From Candidatus Kapaibacterium sp. (GTDB lineage Bacteria; Patescibacteriota; Patescibacteriia; UBA9934): a stretch of DNA of 64,000 bases. A model generated the notes under the pieces. The model saw nothing but the letters and a program-made list of their open reading frames with translations. It did not search any database and was not told the DNA's origin. The DNA is taken from the NCBI GenBank assembly GCA_044350705.1, contig JBILHA010000002.1, positions 178,295-242,294 of the forward strand, given 5' to 3'. A program made the position numbers and the translations under genes. Each line of letters opens with the position of its first letter. Within the stretch, counting starts at the first letter, position 1. This document shows, piece by piece, positions 37,401-46,747 of the stretch.

Positions 37401-37808
37401 ATCAAAATTCGAGAGAAGCCCCCCTGCGCCTTCTATCGTTTCAGATAGAGATCCGATCGCTTCACCAGCAGCGCCCATTGCAAGCTCCTTCAGATACTCG
37501 CCATCAGGGGTGCCGTCAAAGAGCGGCTCTTCTGCCGAGCCTCCGGTTACAATGCGAACCGCCGCATCGTAGGCCAAGCGGTCAGCTGCAAATGAAACGG
37601 CATTCACCAATGCGGTCACAATTGCGGCCTGCATGGTGTTCGTTATGAAATCCGTCACTGCATTTTTAATCCACTCTAAGACACGAGGGGCGTCCGCTAC
37701 CGTGGAGTTTTGTGCGTACGCGATACGAGCCCCTGCTATCGGCGTTGCAATAAAAAATATCACCATCCATGCCGCAAAAAGCTTTTTCGCAAAACCGTTG
37801 AAATTCAT
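28440..37808 (-). CDS. Giant (3122 aa) exported Cys-rich, acidic surface protein
   Basis: N-terminal signal/TM; very many Cys including C-x3-(D/Q)C-x4-C units; DxDxDG loops; NPSFE CBM-like domain; PKD-like C-terminus (IDWGDG, NHVY). Confidence 0.92.
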   Translation of the reverse strand: MNFNGFAKKLFAAWMVIFFIATPIAGARIAYAQNSTVADAPRVLEWIKNAVTDFITNTMQAAIVTALVNAVSFAADRLAYDAAVRIVTGGSAEEPLFDGTPDGEYLKELAMGAAGEAIGSLSETIEGAGGLLSNFDLCAPSTPYILLQFKLGIKGVFDRPEPKCDFNKMFGPEGTWQAFIADLEGYKAPFKNQLVLAELANMYDPQKAEFGAGLGVYTDVFGETTFLPLIGVQKKLNDGGFKDIVDFITGNVETPADILSTQVKDAQKNSGDVRQQATFAMLGNKDLIRQVGIHAASVFTNTLLSKLQERIWMGLFDFDVTQVDPFDPESFALGTQQAAADRYRSLLTAAPLQITNYSILSEFITCPGSSTRGLYNCVADSNFVSAIARAESGAPLTIEEAIDDGLMNGDWPLIPSSDAARNQDAFCYTYGFCYGNLVKLRKARVISIGWELAANSSANSAESPVTLQEVINGFNSCGPDGLPDDNHPWCKMIDPDWVLKYPDTQCRMQAYGELLLTKEADERAQVCVDMPSCIAEDENGNCIGGYGYCVAEENTWQFRGESCPEYAASCLVFEDSAGDDIALLKNTVDPGPCTSDTVGCRWYNTVKEQQDDGTFAFAAIDDIAGADADSETYASRIYFNSQIEDCDEEEGGCSTLIERDTDLRLNVVLNPSFEEDDDSDDRPDGWFDYHLAGTSWPSTVSLDGSVAREGEVAISPGSGGRGALYQPGIELTQASTYTLSFYARQATDAGTDTVSVGLALKDEEGAGIDIEGLAIIGDCDDSYVDIFGATRTDGVGIENMQPEGTSYERFSCTFTVPPLPEPSLRVFGDLYVLAFDGYVDSMQLEQGEDTSTPVNGYSDTDYTTVVAKVAPAYLGCTGSEDDPAECANYAQVCSEQDMGCTMYTPTNGDPALSGIATELDSCPSECAGYDTYRQEATLYEPDGIDAVYFIPDTATECSAEEVGCDEFTNLATEEQEYYSFLRACVTETQAAGTEATYYTWEGSDEDGYQLQTWTLLESDLGSSSYTHTGTDGVTDTAPNLAPCSNWTATDDGITCNDSADDDGDGYYDWDTEDCNSRADIFTNADCREFYDESGNIHYREWTKTVTIHNSCQAYRKTEVAGETAAAQQITCEDSGGYYVGDSGECRYYGYPEESTSCDASANGCRAYAGGRSRNSRLVLEEIFESGTLNQWDAASASYATYSNESLASDGHSMLMTGPVTSFIADNGGTCTTEGGCAGTALSFGGECTIAENDGYCGTLHNELFAGKTYTVSVVAKGTGTLEVGFDFEADPSSPSIDLAFDSAVELEDGWQQITLGPLVMDAEDYPRFGEGTSLVLVPTGSAYVDNIVLREGEENITVIRDSWVTPASCDQSVTGDASPQYYLGCQEYTTQDDETEYLKSFSSLCDEDKVGCDAFFKTQESASHTAKTVNATCNNIDDDGDSEPDTATSATACYYFYESSADFDEASPYLCTIAVGESSCLFSMDGFTPAWGLGETAVSYGPETTIVPADQAMFLVVTDEVTCSASAAGCTEFGDPDWNQDRNSTDGAESVYFLNLPDEYDSTLCAHEELFCDAFTTNQAATYYFKHPLDQKCEYRTDVTIDGVGYTGWFREGTQDFCYGTCEDSGGNEGDACGSSADCGSGETCNAQNPSYVIGGDESGIWKNGDAGFGGWAGTCDATYDTCSEFQDTLAQDDGEIYGMSDGTSYFYLNNDTLSEYGLSDSQKCDGQVSLKNGCAMFYDTSSTSLTANASATEVSSRHADELFGTEPYGLVDPIDCENGGDTTITTSDGLEIDLCATRCIYDYGEVYDLTDGDTYRAKLASELSFGGDYDRDDLFVFGGSCVDSTDCALVESESGRSVEAVTCGTQVRVDPGLFGSLGFSAWMEDELNANFDWVPRQENDVNTVLKVNRDRACSEWLACASDNPRWDEDTASFINTCTDIELCTDYDATTGTSSCAEWDMEEPDVLFDKEWYASRDTSWYGNEYSGMAIPDLFPVQSLSQADVSPIAYCVYGASTASPSLASDSSCEAVGEACMAGSGICMSPEATEAAGLIDEVDYALVLDAGSCSEDYGNACAVGYCSSNGAACASSDQCGDGDCIVGACYDLDEDASGNPVLCQTAADCSEGQTCYSGTCAEVGNDVAIEDYDSETAEASTCSSAETFIPAAELKLGSCINSKCLLTPDGETYANGVTEGKICRAYPEGTSPFPNEVVEAWYDPSDQGTIDTDPTYDALPYDLLSGFENVEACAYGEVCDCSYTKVSFGEGMETRYYNQDWDPEFSICGGDLDGDGEEEADTDAGEICTDGSTCESGSCIAVADQLGVCQGGERSGGYCTEDEQCGDGSTCAKSTREDVIYGLNGFCLEKDTSLNILGDRTKQACISWLPVDRLQGDTDLQAKYASAGFFEDIYMCADVQAFSTITPSPSSVIQDGYTEGVACAESDDSSVGNDEDAWSTSDAACDQAVHCPEGFFAIMGARARGAGVSNNYSADTCRDGVGDNDCPYICVPENSAKYVESDGEVEYDYESCDPSEDSRISNEGTSNDGTRVWYASLNPKEGGGDTSSGSSDSEERTYGHFDTVADDYQDCKVRGIYMRGGEYAEADIFYDVLDITDYPQSDGADDTESSSGGTGYRNLWMNAPEIYADRFHDAMDENIACSVVVQVSSDDEGSYAWTDRVYNGHTLQSDLSSNVEYNQETTPGIFGAINLDKPVQEYEAPFYVAQCSDNYHGGDDITIATGVTFDSCPSGYPDVGTLGDPASELLQARSYIPFTFTGSWDGVGYGWDGHPYAYVSDTSSYYFYTATSEPLQYSLESITQVFASVADAALWIWKGDFTGEREYIDGDWEDVGDYFSVLPTETSLWADYDADDEAYDVRPAEGVPPTVWAVDVGSCSSDGLMCEEGTQSAITLNGQETGDQSGIQFFNATIKFYAAADKNQLPIRQVMIDWGDGMQTGSDDDENYFKNARGLQDGQQESKCDLDSEWGLTDESCDPYYFNYNHVYTCTSEVLRGDRCDDTDGDGEYDEFPCAIDETGDDAADSCVFRPRVHVRDNWGWCTGTCTDGNAIESSTSSYGTTSPGGCFVGMYNDANASSTMDYSECSYGIYPEQNSSINPWVEYDGVITVTP

Positions 37809-37823
37809 ACCTATACAGGATCA

Positions 37824-38570
37824 TTAGGGTGTGGTCACCGTTGTATTTTCTTCTCCTCCTGCTTCCACCTCCTCTCCTTCTTCTTGGTCAAGCTCTGTTA
37901 CCGCCTGTCCTAATGCCTCTTGATACAGCTGCATGACCTGCTCATCTGAGAGACTTGCCAGTACGTCCTGTTCAAGGCCTGAGTCTGCCAGGAGTGCGCG
38001 CACCTCCTCTACGGAAAGCTGCTGTAGTACTCCTACCGCATCTTCTACGGTGGGCACTTCAGCGCTTGGCGCTTCGGGAGCCTGCGCCTCTAAGAAGGCG
38101 GCGGTTGCTCCTGCCTGAATGGTTTCCGAGGTCACACAGGTTTTTCCCATTGCACAGTTCGGATCTCCTCCTGCTGCAATTTCCGCACCATCCGTTCTCC
38201 CATCGGAATCGCTGTCCGCGATATAGGGACTCGTTGCAAAGATGCGCAATTCATCGTAGTCAGAAATCCCATCGTTATCCGTGTCTGAAAGACGCTGCAT
38301 GGCTACTTGTTCACTTTCTTTCTCTGCGGATGTTACGTACCGAGGACCGGTATATGAAATGAGGAAAGGCTTTTTTACATTACTGAAGAAATGTAAGCCT
38401 CCAAAAATTACTGCCCCTACTCCACACGCAGCAATAAAACCAAAAGCCACGCGTTCTTCGCGTGATAATGATTTTTTTGACCGCTCAAGCAGTAAGCGTG
38501 CTCCGTTTTCTTCGGGCACTTCCCTCATATGCACGTCAAAGTATAACAAATGACGCACCCAAGTATTCAC
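37824..38570 (-). CDS. Membrane-anchored protein with TSP3-like Ca-binding repeats; start uncertain
   Basis: Single TM; DTDNDGISDYDE, DSDSDGRTDGAE. Confidence 0.82.
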   Translation of the reverse strand: MNTWVRHLLYFDVHMREVPEENGARLLLERSKKSLSREERVAFGFIAACGVGAVIFGGLHFFSNVKKPFLISYTGPRYVTSAEKESEQVAMQRLSDTDNDGISDYDELRIFATSPYIADSDSDGRTDGAEIAAGGDPNCAMGKTCVTSETIQAGATAAFLEAQAPEAPSAEVPTVEDAVGVLQQLSVEEVRALLADSGLEQDVLASLSDEQVMQLYQEALGQAVTELDQEEGEEVEAGGEENTTVTTP

Positions 38571-38597
38571 TTGTAATGCGCCATGTGTGCATAGCTT

Positions 38598-39401
38598 CTA
38601 TTTTCGGTGTTCATCGATCGTCGCCCAAGCGGCCAAAGGAAGTTCTTCAGGTCGAGCAAGTGCGCTCAAGCCATACGATTCAAGCACCTCACCCAGACGT
38701 TCCTTCTCCCCTACCCCTTCTTGCGCGAGCGTTTGTCTCAGTTGCTTTCGTGCATGCGCGAATCCTTTTTTTGCGAGAGCAACTACGCGTTTTGCTTTCT
38801 CGCTTGCATACATCTCGCGGTGCGTCAGCAGGATTACGATCGAATCCACCTTTGGCGGAGGAACAAATGCGCCCGGCTTTACGGTGCACACCCGCCTTCC
38901 CTCTGTCTTTACTTGTATTGCTACCGATAATAAGCTCATATCTGGCGGCGTTGCGAGCATACGTTCTCCCACCTCTTTCTGCAGCATGATCACCGCCGCA
39001 AGCGGAGGATGTTCTCCCCAAAATGCTTCGTTTACGATTGCGGTTCCTGCGTTATACGGCAAATTTCCTACCAATACCCATGGTTTTCCTTGGGTATGTT
39101 TCTTCCAGTCCGCATGCGTTGCGTCGGCGTTTACGATATGCGCATCAGGAAAGCGCTCTTCAAGCTCTGGAAGCAAGTCGCGATCAAGCTCAACAAGCAT
39201 GAGATCTGTTGTTTTTCCCATTTGTTGGAGCTTTTCATAGAGAGGACCGGTGAGCGCGCCATGTCCTGGCCCTACCTCTACAATCTTCTCTGCTTTTTCC
39301 CATGGCACTGCGGCAAGTATTTTTTTTATTACCGATGCATCACGCAAAAAATGCTGTCCAAAACGTTTTTTAGCGCCCAAAGGTTGTTTTATACCATGCA
39401 T
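38598..39401 (-). CDS. rsmA: 16S rRNA m6,2A dimethyltransferase KsgA/RsmA
   Basis: KKRFGQHFL, VEVGPGHGALT, GNLPYN, QKEV, FVPPPKVDS. Confidence 0.96.
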   Translation of the reverse strand: MHGIKQPLGAKKRFGQHFLRDASVIKKILAAVPWEKAEKIVEVGPGHGALTGPLYEKLQQMGKTTDLMLVELDRDLLPELEERFPDAHIVNADATHADWKKHTQGKPWVLVGNLPYNAGTAIVNEAFWGEHPPLAAVIMLQKEVGERMLATPPDMSLLSVAIQVKTEGRRVCTVKPGAFVPPPKVDSIVILLTHREMYASEKAKRVVALAKKGFAHARKQLRQTLAQEGVGEKERLGEVLESYGLSALARPEELPLAAWATIDEHRK

Positions 39402-40311
39402 AGGTTTCTTTGAGGCCATCTTCAAAGGTTACGCGTGCTTCCCAAGCGAGTACGGCCTTGGCAGATGCGGGATCAATACTACTTCTGCGCACCTCCCCTC
39501 TTCTTTCTGGAGCAAAAAGGAAGGGATGATCCGTGCCATGAATTTTCAGGAGCGCATCGATCAACTCTTGTATGGTTATTTCACTTCCTGTACCTGCATT
39601 TACGATGCCTGAAAATGGCGATGCTGCCGCTTTTACGAGGATTGCCACTGCGTCGCTGACGTGCAGATAGTCACGACTTGCTGATCCATCACCAAATACC
39701 GTGAATGGTTCCCCGGTTACTAAAAGCTTTTCTAAGAAGAGCGAGATGACATTTCCTTCCCCGATCGGCTTTGCTACCTGCTGACGCGAACCGTATAAAT
39801 TTGCAAAACGCACCGATACCCAAGGAAGATCATGGGTTCTCTTTGCACTTGCAAGGTAGTATTCAAATGCCTGTTTTCCAATGCCGTAGGGCGAGAGCGG
39901 CTGCGCATCTTCTATGAGCGGCGTGGGGAGCATGGGATTGTCGCCGTAAATTGCCCCTCCCGATGAGGCGAATACAAATTTCCCTATTCCTGCATCTTTG
40001 CACCACTCCAGCAATCGAATTGATGCAAGGACATTCCGCTTTGCATCTTCAATAGGAAAAATGACTGATTTCGTCACACTGATTTGCGCCGCAAGGTGGA
40101 AAACGACATCTGGCCTTACTTCCATAATCACTTCCCGCACATGCGGGTCCGTAAAATCAAGCGCATGTACCTCTGCGCTCTTTGGAAGAAAGCGGACTTT
40201 TTCTCGCCGATGATGATCGACGATGATCACTCGATCGCCTTTTTCTGCATAATAGTCTGCAAGGTGTGAGCCGAGAAATCCCGCACCTCCGGTAATGAGT
40301 ATAGTTGCCAT
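39370..40311 (-). CDS. NAD-dependent epimerase/dehydratase (GalE-like)
   Basis: TGGAGFLG, HLAAQ, SSGGAIYG, YGIGK. Confidence 0.92.
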   Translation of the reverse strand: MATILITGGAGFLGSHLADYYAEKGDRVIIVDHHRREKVRFLPKSAEVHALDFTDPHVREVIMEVRPDVVFHLAAQISVTKSVIFPIEDAKRNVLASIRLLEWCKDAGIGKFVFASSGGAIYGDNPMLPTPLIEDAQPLSPYGIGKQAFEYYLASAKRTHDLPWVSVRFANLYGSRQQVAKPIGEGNVISLFLEKLLVTGEPFTVFGDGSASRDYLHVSDAVAILVKAAASPFSGIVNAGTGSEITIQELIDALLKIHGTDHPFLFAPERRGEVRRSSIDPASAKAVLAWEARVTFEDGLKETYAWYKTTFGR

Positions 40312-40313
40312 AG

Positions 40314-41237
40314 TTATGCTCTGCCTTGCGCCTTATACCACTGCACGGTTTCTTCTATCCCCTGCTCGATGCCTCTTTCCGGCCTCCAACCTAACACCTG
40401 CTCCGCTTTTTTGGCAGAGAGCGCAATTCGCGCAACCGCATCCGTCACTTCAGGACGCGAAAGAGCGGAAGCATTTCCTCCTACGGCCTGCGCCACGCGA
40501 TCGAATATTTCCTTGGTTGTTGTTTCTTTTCCTGTACCCACATTCATGACCGTTTCTTCCGTATTTTCCAGCGCAAGCAGGAAGGCACGAGTCACATCGG
40601 CAACATGCACATAATCTCTCGTCGTTTCTCCCGTGCCATTGATAAATGGTTGCTCGCCTTGGAGAAGTTTTTTTGTAAAAATCGCGATCGCCCCACACTC
40701 CTTGCTGCCGTCTTGGCGAGGTCCATACACATTCGCGAGACGTAACGCGCAACCGGATAAACCTAACTGAAGAGAAAAATACCGAAGGTACCGCTCGCCC
40801 GTGAGCTTGCTTACCGCATAGGGAGTTAGCGGACGACAGATTGCGTCTTCGGAAATCGGGAGATTTTCTTGTTCTCCGTAGGTTACTCCCGTGGAGGCGA
40901 AGACTACGCGCCTTGCCCCTGCAACACGTGCGGCATCGAGTACATTAATTGTTCCGATAATATTATGATCCGCATTTTCGACTGGCTCAATCACCGATGC
41001 ACGATCATCTACGTGTGCGGCAAGGTGTATCACCGCCTCAGGGTGCACATCGATACATACATCAGCGAGATGCTCATCTCGAATATCTCTTTGTATATAT
41101 GTCGCTGCGGTATTTCCCCAAAGAGGGTGTGGCGGCGCAATATCTATCACGGTTACTTCATCGCCTCGCGCAATAAGCGCGTCAACGATGTGCGACCCGA
41201 TGAACCCCGCTCCTCCTGTGACGATGATTGATGCCAT
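40314..41237 (-). CDS. NAD-dependent epimerase/dehydratase (GalE-like), tandem paralogue
   Basis: TGGAGFIG, YAVSK, NVYGPRQ, TRDYVHV. Confidence 0.92.
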   Translation of the reverse strand: MASIIVTGGAGFIGSHIVDALIARGDEVTVIDIAPPHPLWGNTAATYIQRDIRDEHLADVCIDVHPEAVIHLAAHVDDRASVIEPVENADHNIIGTINVLDAARVAGARRVVFASTGVTYGEQENLPISEDAICRPLTPYAVSKLTGERYLRYFSLQLGLSGCALRLANVYGPRQDGSKECGAIAIFTKKLLQGEQPFINGTGETTRDYVHVADVTRAFLLALENTEETVMNVGTGKETTTKEIFDRVAQAVGGNASALSRPEVTDAVARIALSAKKAEQVLGWRPERGIEQGIEETVQWYKAQGRA

Positions 41238-41239
41238 AT

Positions 41240-42364
41240 TTATAGACGTTCTTGAGCGCTTTCTTGCCTCTTTTCTTCTCGGAGGTATGCTTCGATAAAA
41301 GGAAGAATCTCTCCTCCTAACACCGCCTCGGTGTCGGTCGTTTCCTCATCTGTTCGATGATCTTTCACCATTTTATACGGATGCAGAACATAGCTGCGAA
41401 TCTGGTTTCCCCATGCCGCAGTCTTGTGTTCACCCTTTACGTCTGCAATCTTCTCCGCTCGAGCTTCCACCATAATACGGTATAGTTTCGCCTTCAAGAG
41501 ACGCATCGCGATATCTTTGTTCTGTGACTGTGAACGCTCATTTTGGCAGGCTACCGCGATTCCCGTCGGGATATGCGTAATACGCACCGCGGAATACGTG
41601 GTGTTTACTGACTGTCCACCCTTTCCCGAGGACATAAACGTATCAATGCGCAGGTCATCAGGATCAAGCTCAATAGAAGCTGCATCAACTTCCGCAAATT
41701 CAGGGACTACTTCACAGAGCGCAAAGGTTGTATGGCGCATTTGCTCTGCATCGAATGGAGAGATGCGTACGAGCCGGTGTACCCCATGCTCACTCTTGAG
41801 ATACCCGTATGCATGGCGGCCACGCACGACGAGTGTAATACTCTTGTATCCCGCAACTTCTGCGGGAGATTCTTCCAATATCTCCACCGACCATCCCTGC
41901 TTTTCTGCAAAGCGCGTATACATGCGCAGCAGCATGGCTACCCAGTCGTTCGCATCCGTTCCTCCTGCTCCAGCGTGCAGAGATAACATGGCATTGCGCG
42001 CATCGAACTCTCCTGAAAACAGCATCTGAAATTCCATGCCTGCGAAACGCGTTTCCAGGTCTTCTATCCCTTTTTCTACCTGCTCTTTCATCCCTTGTTC
42101 TTCCCCTTCCTCAATAAGATCCAAGAGATCCCTTTGATCTTCGACTTCTTTTTTTAGCGCCTTCCATGATTCCGCTTCTTTCTTAAGATCTGCCGCTTCT
42201 TGAGAAATTACTCTCGCTTTTTCAGGATTATTCCAAAATGCAGGATCATTCATCTCGTTTTCCAATTCTTGAACACGCGCTAAAACGGCATCAAGCCGCA
42301 AGGTTTCCCAAGCGGCCTGAATACGTTTTTCTAACTCCTGAATTCGATCTGCAAGATGCGACAT
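41240..42364 (-). CDS. prfB: Peptide chain release factor 2, uninterrupted ORF
   Basis: SPF motif, GGQ, WGNQIRSYV. Confidence 0.96.
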   Translation of the reverse strand: MSHLADRIQELEKRIQAAWETLRLDAVLARVQELENEMNDPAFWNNPEKARVISQEAADLKKEAESWKALKKEVEDQRDLLDLIEEGEEQGMKEQVEKGIEDLETRFAGMEFQMLFSGEFDARNAMLSLHAGAGGTDANDWVAMLLRMYTRFAEKQGWSVEILEESPAEVAGYKSITLVVRGRHAYGYLKSEHGVHRLVRISPFDAEQMRHTTFALCEVVPEFAEVDAASIELDPDDLRIDTFMSSGKGGQSVNTTYSAVRITHIPTGIAVACQNERSQSQNKDIAMRLLKAKLYRIMVEARAEKIADVKGEHKTAAWGNQIRSYVLHPYKMVKDHRTDEETTDTEAVLGGEILPFIEAYLREEKRQESAQERL

Positions 42365-42366
42365 GC

Positions 42367-42723
42367 TTACAGCTTAATCTCTTTTGCAAATTTTCCTACT
42401 AAAGGAAGCTCCCACTTTTCTCCCTTATACGCATGCCATGCTCCTCCCACAATAAGCACAAATACAAACAGGTTATACGCCATGACTACCAGTCCTCCAA
42501 TAATCGGAATGAGCATTGCAACGATGGGACTGAGAATTCCTCCAATTACGGAAAGGATGGTCACGATAAGTCCCTGTTTGCCATGCCATACGGAATATTC
42601 ATCTTTCTTTCCTAAGTACAGGGGTACAAAAAACAACGGCGGAAGATAGCCAACGGCTGCAAAAAGGCGTGACTGTTCATCAGGCGCACCAGGGATGACC
42701 GTGTTTTCTGGAGTGGTGTTCAT
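42367..42723 (-). CDS. DUF4870/Tic20-like small membrane protein
   Basis: AAVGYL, WHGKQGL, AYKGEKWELPLVG. Confidence 0.8.
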   Translation of the reverse strand: MNTTPENTVIPGAPDEQSRLFAAVGYLPPLFFVPLYLGKKDEYSVWHGKQGLIVTILSVIGGILSPIVAMLIPIIGGLVVMAYNLFVFVLIVGGAWHAYKGEKWELPLVGKFAKEIKL

Positions 42724-42830
42724 ATGGATAAAGGGTACCAGATCAGCTTTTGCGCGCCAACATTTTCTTGATTTTTTTGCTATTTTCTGCTAAATTCTTG
42801 CCGCACAGTTCCGTGCATTCGGAGGTCCTC

Positions 42831-43382
42831 ATGGACGAAATCTCGGGGCCTCACGGCCCCCACCAGCTCCCCGCGGTCCCGGTGGAGCGCCCGACCGGCC
42901 TTGTGGCCAGTACGGTCCACGACGCTGCTGAGCGTCTGCGCCCGCACTGGCCCGGCGTGGCCGATTGGGCGCAACGGCATGTGTGGGCCGCGGTCTTCAG
43001 CAGCATCGGCTCCGCGGTCGGCACCCTGCTCATCGTCGATCTTCTCGTCGTCCGCGGGCTCTCGAGCCTTGCGGAATACAAGGAGACCGAACCGATCTCG
43101 CCACTGCCGGTCGAGGTCAGCATTGCCCCCGCCGCCGACCCTTCCCTGATCGCCCCCGGCGAGCAGAAGTACACGGTGAAGCGCAACGACACCCTGAGCG
43201 ACATCGCGGAGAAGCACGAGGTCGCGCTCAGCGCCCTGCGCGAGCGCAACGCGGTCACGCTCGAGGCCTGGCGCGCTCAGTGCCTCGAGAACGCCAAGCT
43301 TCAGCCCGGAGCCTGCCCGGACGTCGTGTTCAAGGGCGGGAAGCTCATCATCCCCGCCCCGCAGGCCGTCAGCCCGGAGTAA
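42831..43382 (+). CDS. Membrane-anchored LysM domain protein; high GC
   Basis: GGAGG SD, one TM, YTVKRNDTLSDIAEKH..L...N, GGKLIIP. Confidence 0.88.
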   Translation: MDEISGPHGPHQLPAVPVERPTGLVASTVHDAAERLRPHWPGVADWAQRHVWAAVFSSIGSAVGTLLIVDLLVVRGLSSLAEYKETEPISPLPVEVSIAPAADPSLIAPGEQKYTVKRNDTLSDIAEKHEVALSALRERNAVTLEAWRAQCLENAKLQPGACPDVVFKGGKLIIPAPQAVSPE

Positions 43383-43522
43383 GCATGACTCCGGGCATCA
43401 GAGTCCGCATCGCTCGATTCTTCGGGTGGTGCCGGAACTCTCGTCACGCCGTATCCCATCCGTGGGGTGCGGCGTTTATGCTTTTAAAAGAAAGGAACGC
43501 CCGTGTACGGACGTTCTTTTCT

Positions 43523-45441
<1,919 letters not shown>

Positions 45442-45483
45442 AGGGATGAAATTAACTTTTTTTGTACAACGATTTTTGCAAAA

Positions 45484-45510
45484 CTAGCAATCACCTGTCA
45501 AGACTGCTAA
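45484..45510 (-). promoter_or_regulatory. CIRCE element (HrcA operator) upstream of groES
   Basis: TTAGCAGTC-N9-GATTGCTAG vs consensus TTAGCACTC-N9-GAGTGCTAA; spacer contains TTGACA. Confidence 0.85.
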
Positions 45511-46747
45511 TAAACAGGCCTGCGGCTGTCGCAGTGTACGCCATTCCACTCCACGACGTCCACAATGCGTGATCAAACCATACGAGCGACCAAAGCACGA
45601 TCAGCAAGGGCGCTCCTCTGAGTCCGATTTTTTTTCCTTCCTCCCACGAGTACTTTCTTGCAAGAACCACGCAGAGCACCACCCCTCCCCCGATCATGAG
45701 TAATCCCCCTTCGGCAATGATGAGCAGGAGCGTGTGGTGGATGGGCTGATATGTCCAAGCGGGCATCGAAGCACCATGCATCTCCGCCAAAGCATCTGCG
45801 TATCGATATATCCCCGTTCCCAATAAGCCATGTTCTTGCATCACCCTTCCCCACTCCTGCACTTGCAGTACCCGCTCCGTCAGCGATCTTTGCTCTAGCG
45901 CTGACCGTCCGCGGACTGCCAACATTCCGGGAGATAGAAACTGTAGAAGCCATACTATCACCGGTACGAGCACTATTCCTTTTATGAGATTTCTTTTGTG
46001 CTCCCTTATGGCATACACCATCAGCATCGCACATCCCAGTGCCAGGGCCGCACTCCGAGAAATCAAAAACGCCCCTCCAAGCATCGCCCCTATTCCTACA
46101 GCTGCATGCACTTTTTTCATTTGCTCAGCAAACAACGTCATCATCATTCCCCCAACCAACGCGAGAGCTGTGCCAAAGATGTTTGGATGCGGAAACGCCC
46201 CGTACATCCGTAACACTCGTTCACCTTTTATGAGGATGACTGCATCCCCCACCTGCTCAGCGCTTCGCGCTGCTAAGCCGAGAACGCTCCTTGCAGGCAT
46301 CATTCCTTGCACGACCTGCCAAATTCCCAGCATGAGCGAAGGCACAAGACCCGCAACGAATGCCAAACAGAGTGAGGATATATTTTTTTTCGCGCTCCGG
46401 TATACCGCGTATCCGAGCCCCAATGCACTGACGAAATTGAGTATCCAGGCATGTGTTTCCGTGGGATACGTCAGTATAAAAAGTCCCCCAAGGAAAATCA
46501 CCGTGGCAATGCTTACCGGAAGCATCAAAGTTTTTTTCTTTTCTTCTTCCAGCTGTGCAAGCCCCAGGAGTACCGCAGCGAGGACGCTCAGCACCATGGT
46601 CGCGTAAAGGCTTATTACTCCAAATTCACCCTCGGTGGTCCCTACCCATGGACGCCAAAAAATATATCTCGTTTGCCAGGGCAGAACTGCAAGCGTCATG
46701 ATCGTCAGATACCTTCCTCCATGCTCGAAAAGTTCTTTCCCCTTCAT
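45491..46747 (-). CDS. O-antigen ligase (WaaL/Wzy_C)-like membrane protein
   Basis: RMYGAFPHPN, SRSA, GTGIY, PIHH..LLIIAEGG, FDH. Confidence 0.85.
   Translation of the reverse strand: MKGKELFEHGGRYLTIMTLAVLPWQTRYIFWRPWVGTTEGEFGVISLYATMVLSVLAAVLLGLAQLEEEKKKTLMLPVSIATVIFLGGLFILTYPTETHAWILNFVSALGLGYAVYRSAKKNISSLCLAFVAGLVPSLMLGIWQVVQGMMPARSVLGLAARSAEQVGDAVILIKGERVLRMYGAFPHPNIFGTALALVGGMMMTLFAEQMKKVHAAVGIGAMLGGAFLISRSAALALGCAMLMVYAIREHKRNLIKGIVLVPVIVWLLQFLSPGMLAVRGRSALEQRSLTERVLQVQEWGRVMQEHGLLGTGIYRYADALAEMHGASMPAWTYQPIHHTLLLIIAEGGLLMIGGGVVLCVVLARKYSWEEGKKIGLRGAPLLIVLWSLVWFDHALWTSWSGMAYTATAAGLFISSLDR

Noticed and set aside
28440-37808. Giant protein as a diversity-generating retroelement target or RHS/CDI toxin
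   Set aside because: No reverse transcriptase, template/variable repeat pair, YD repeats or downstream immunity gene seen
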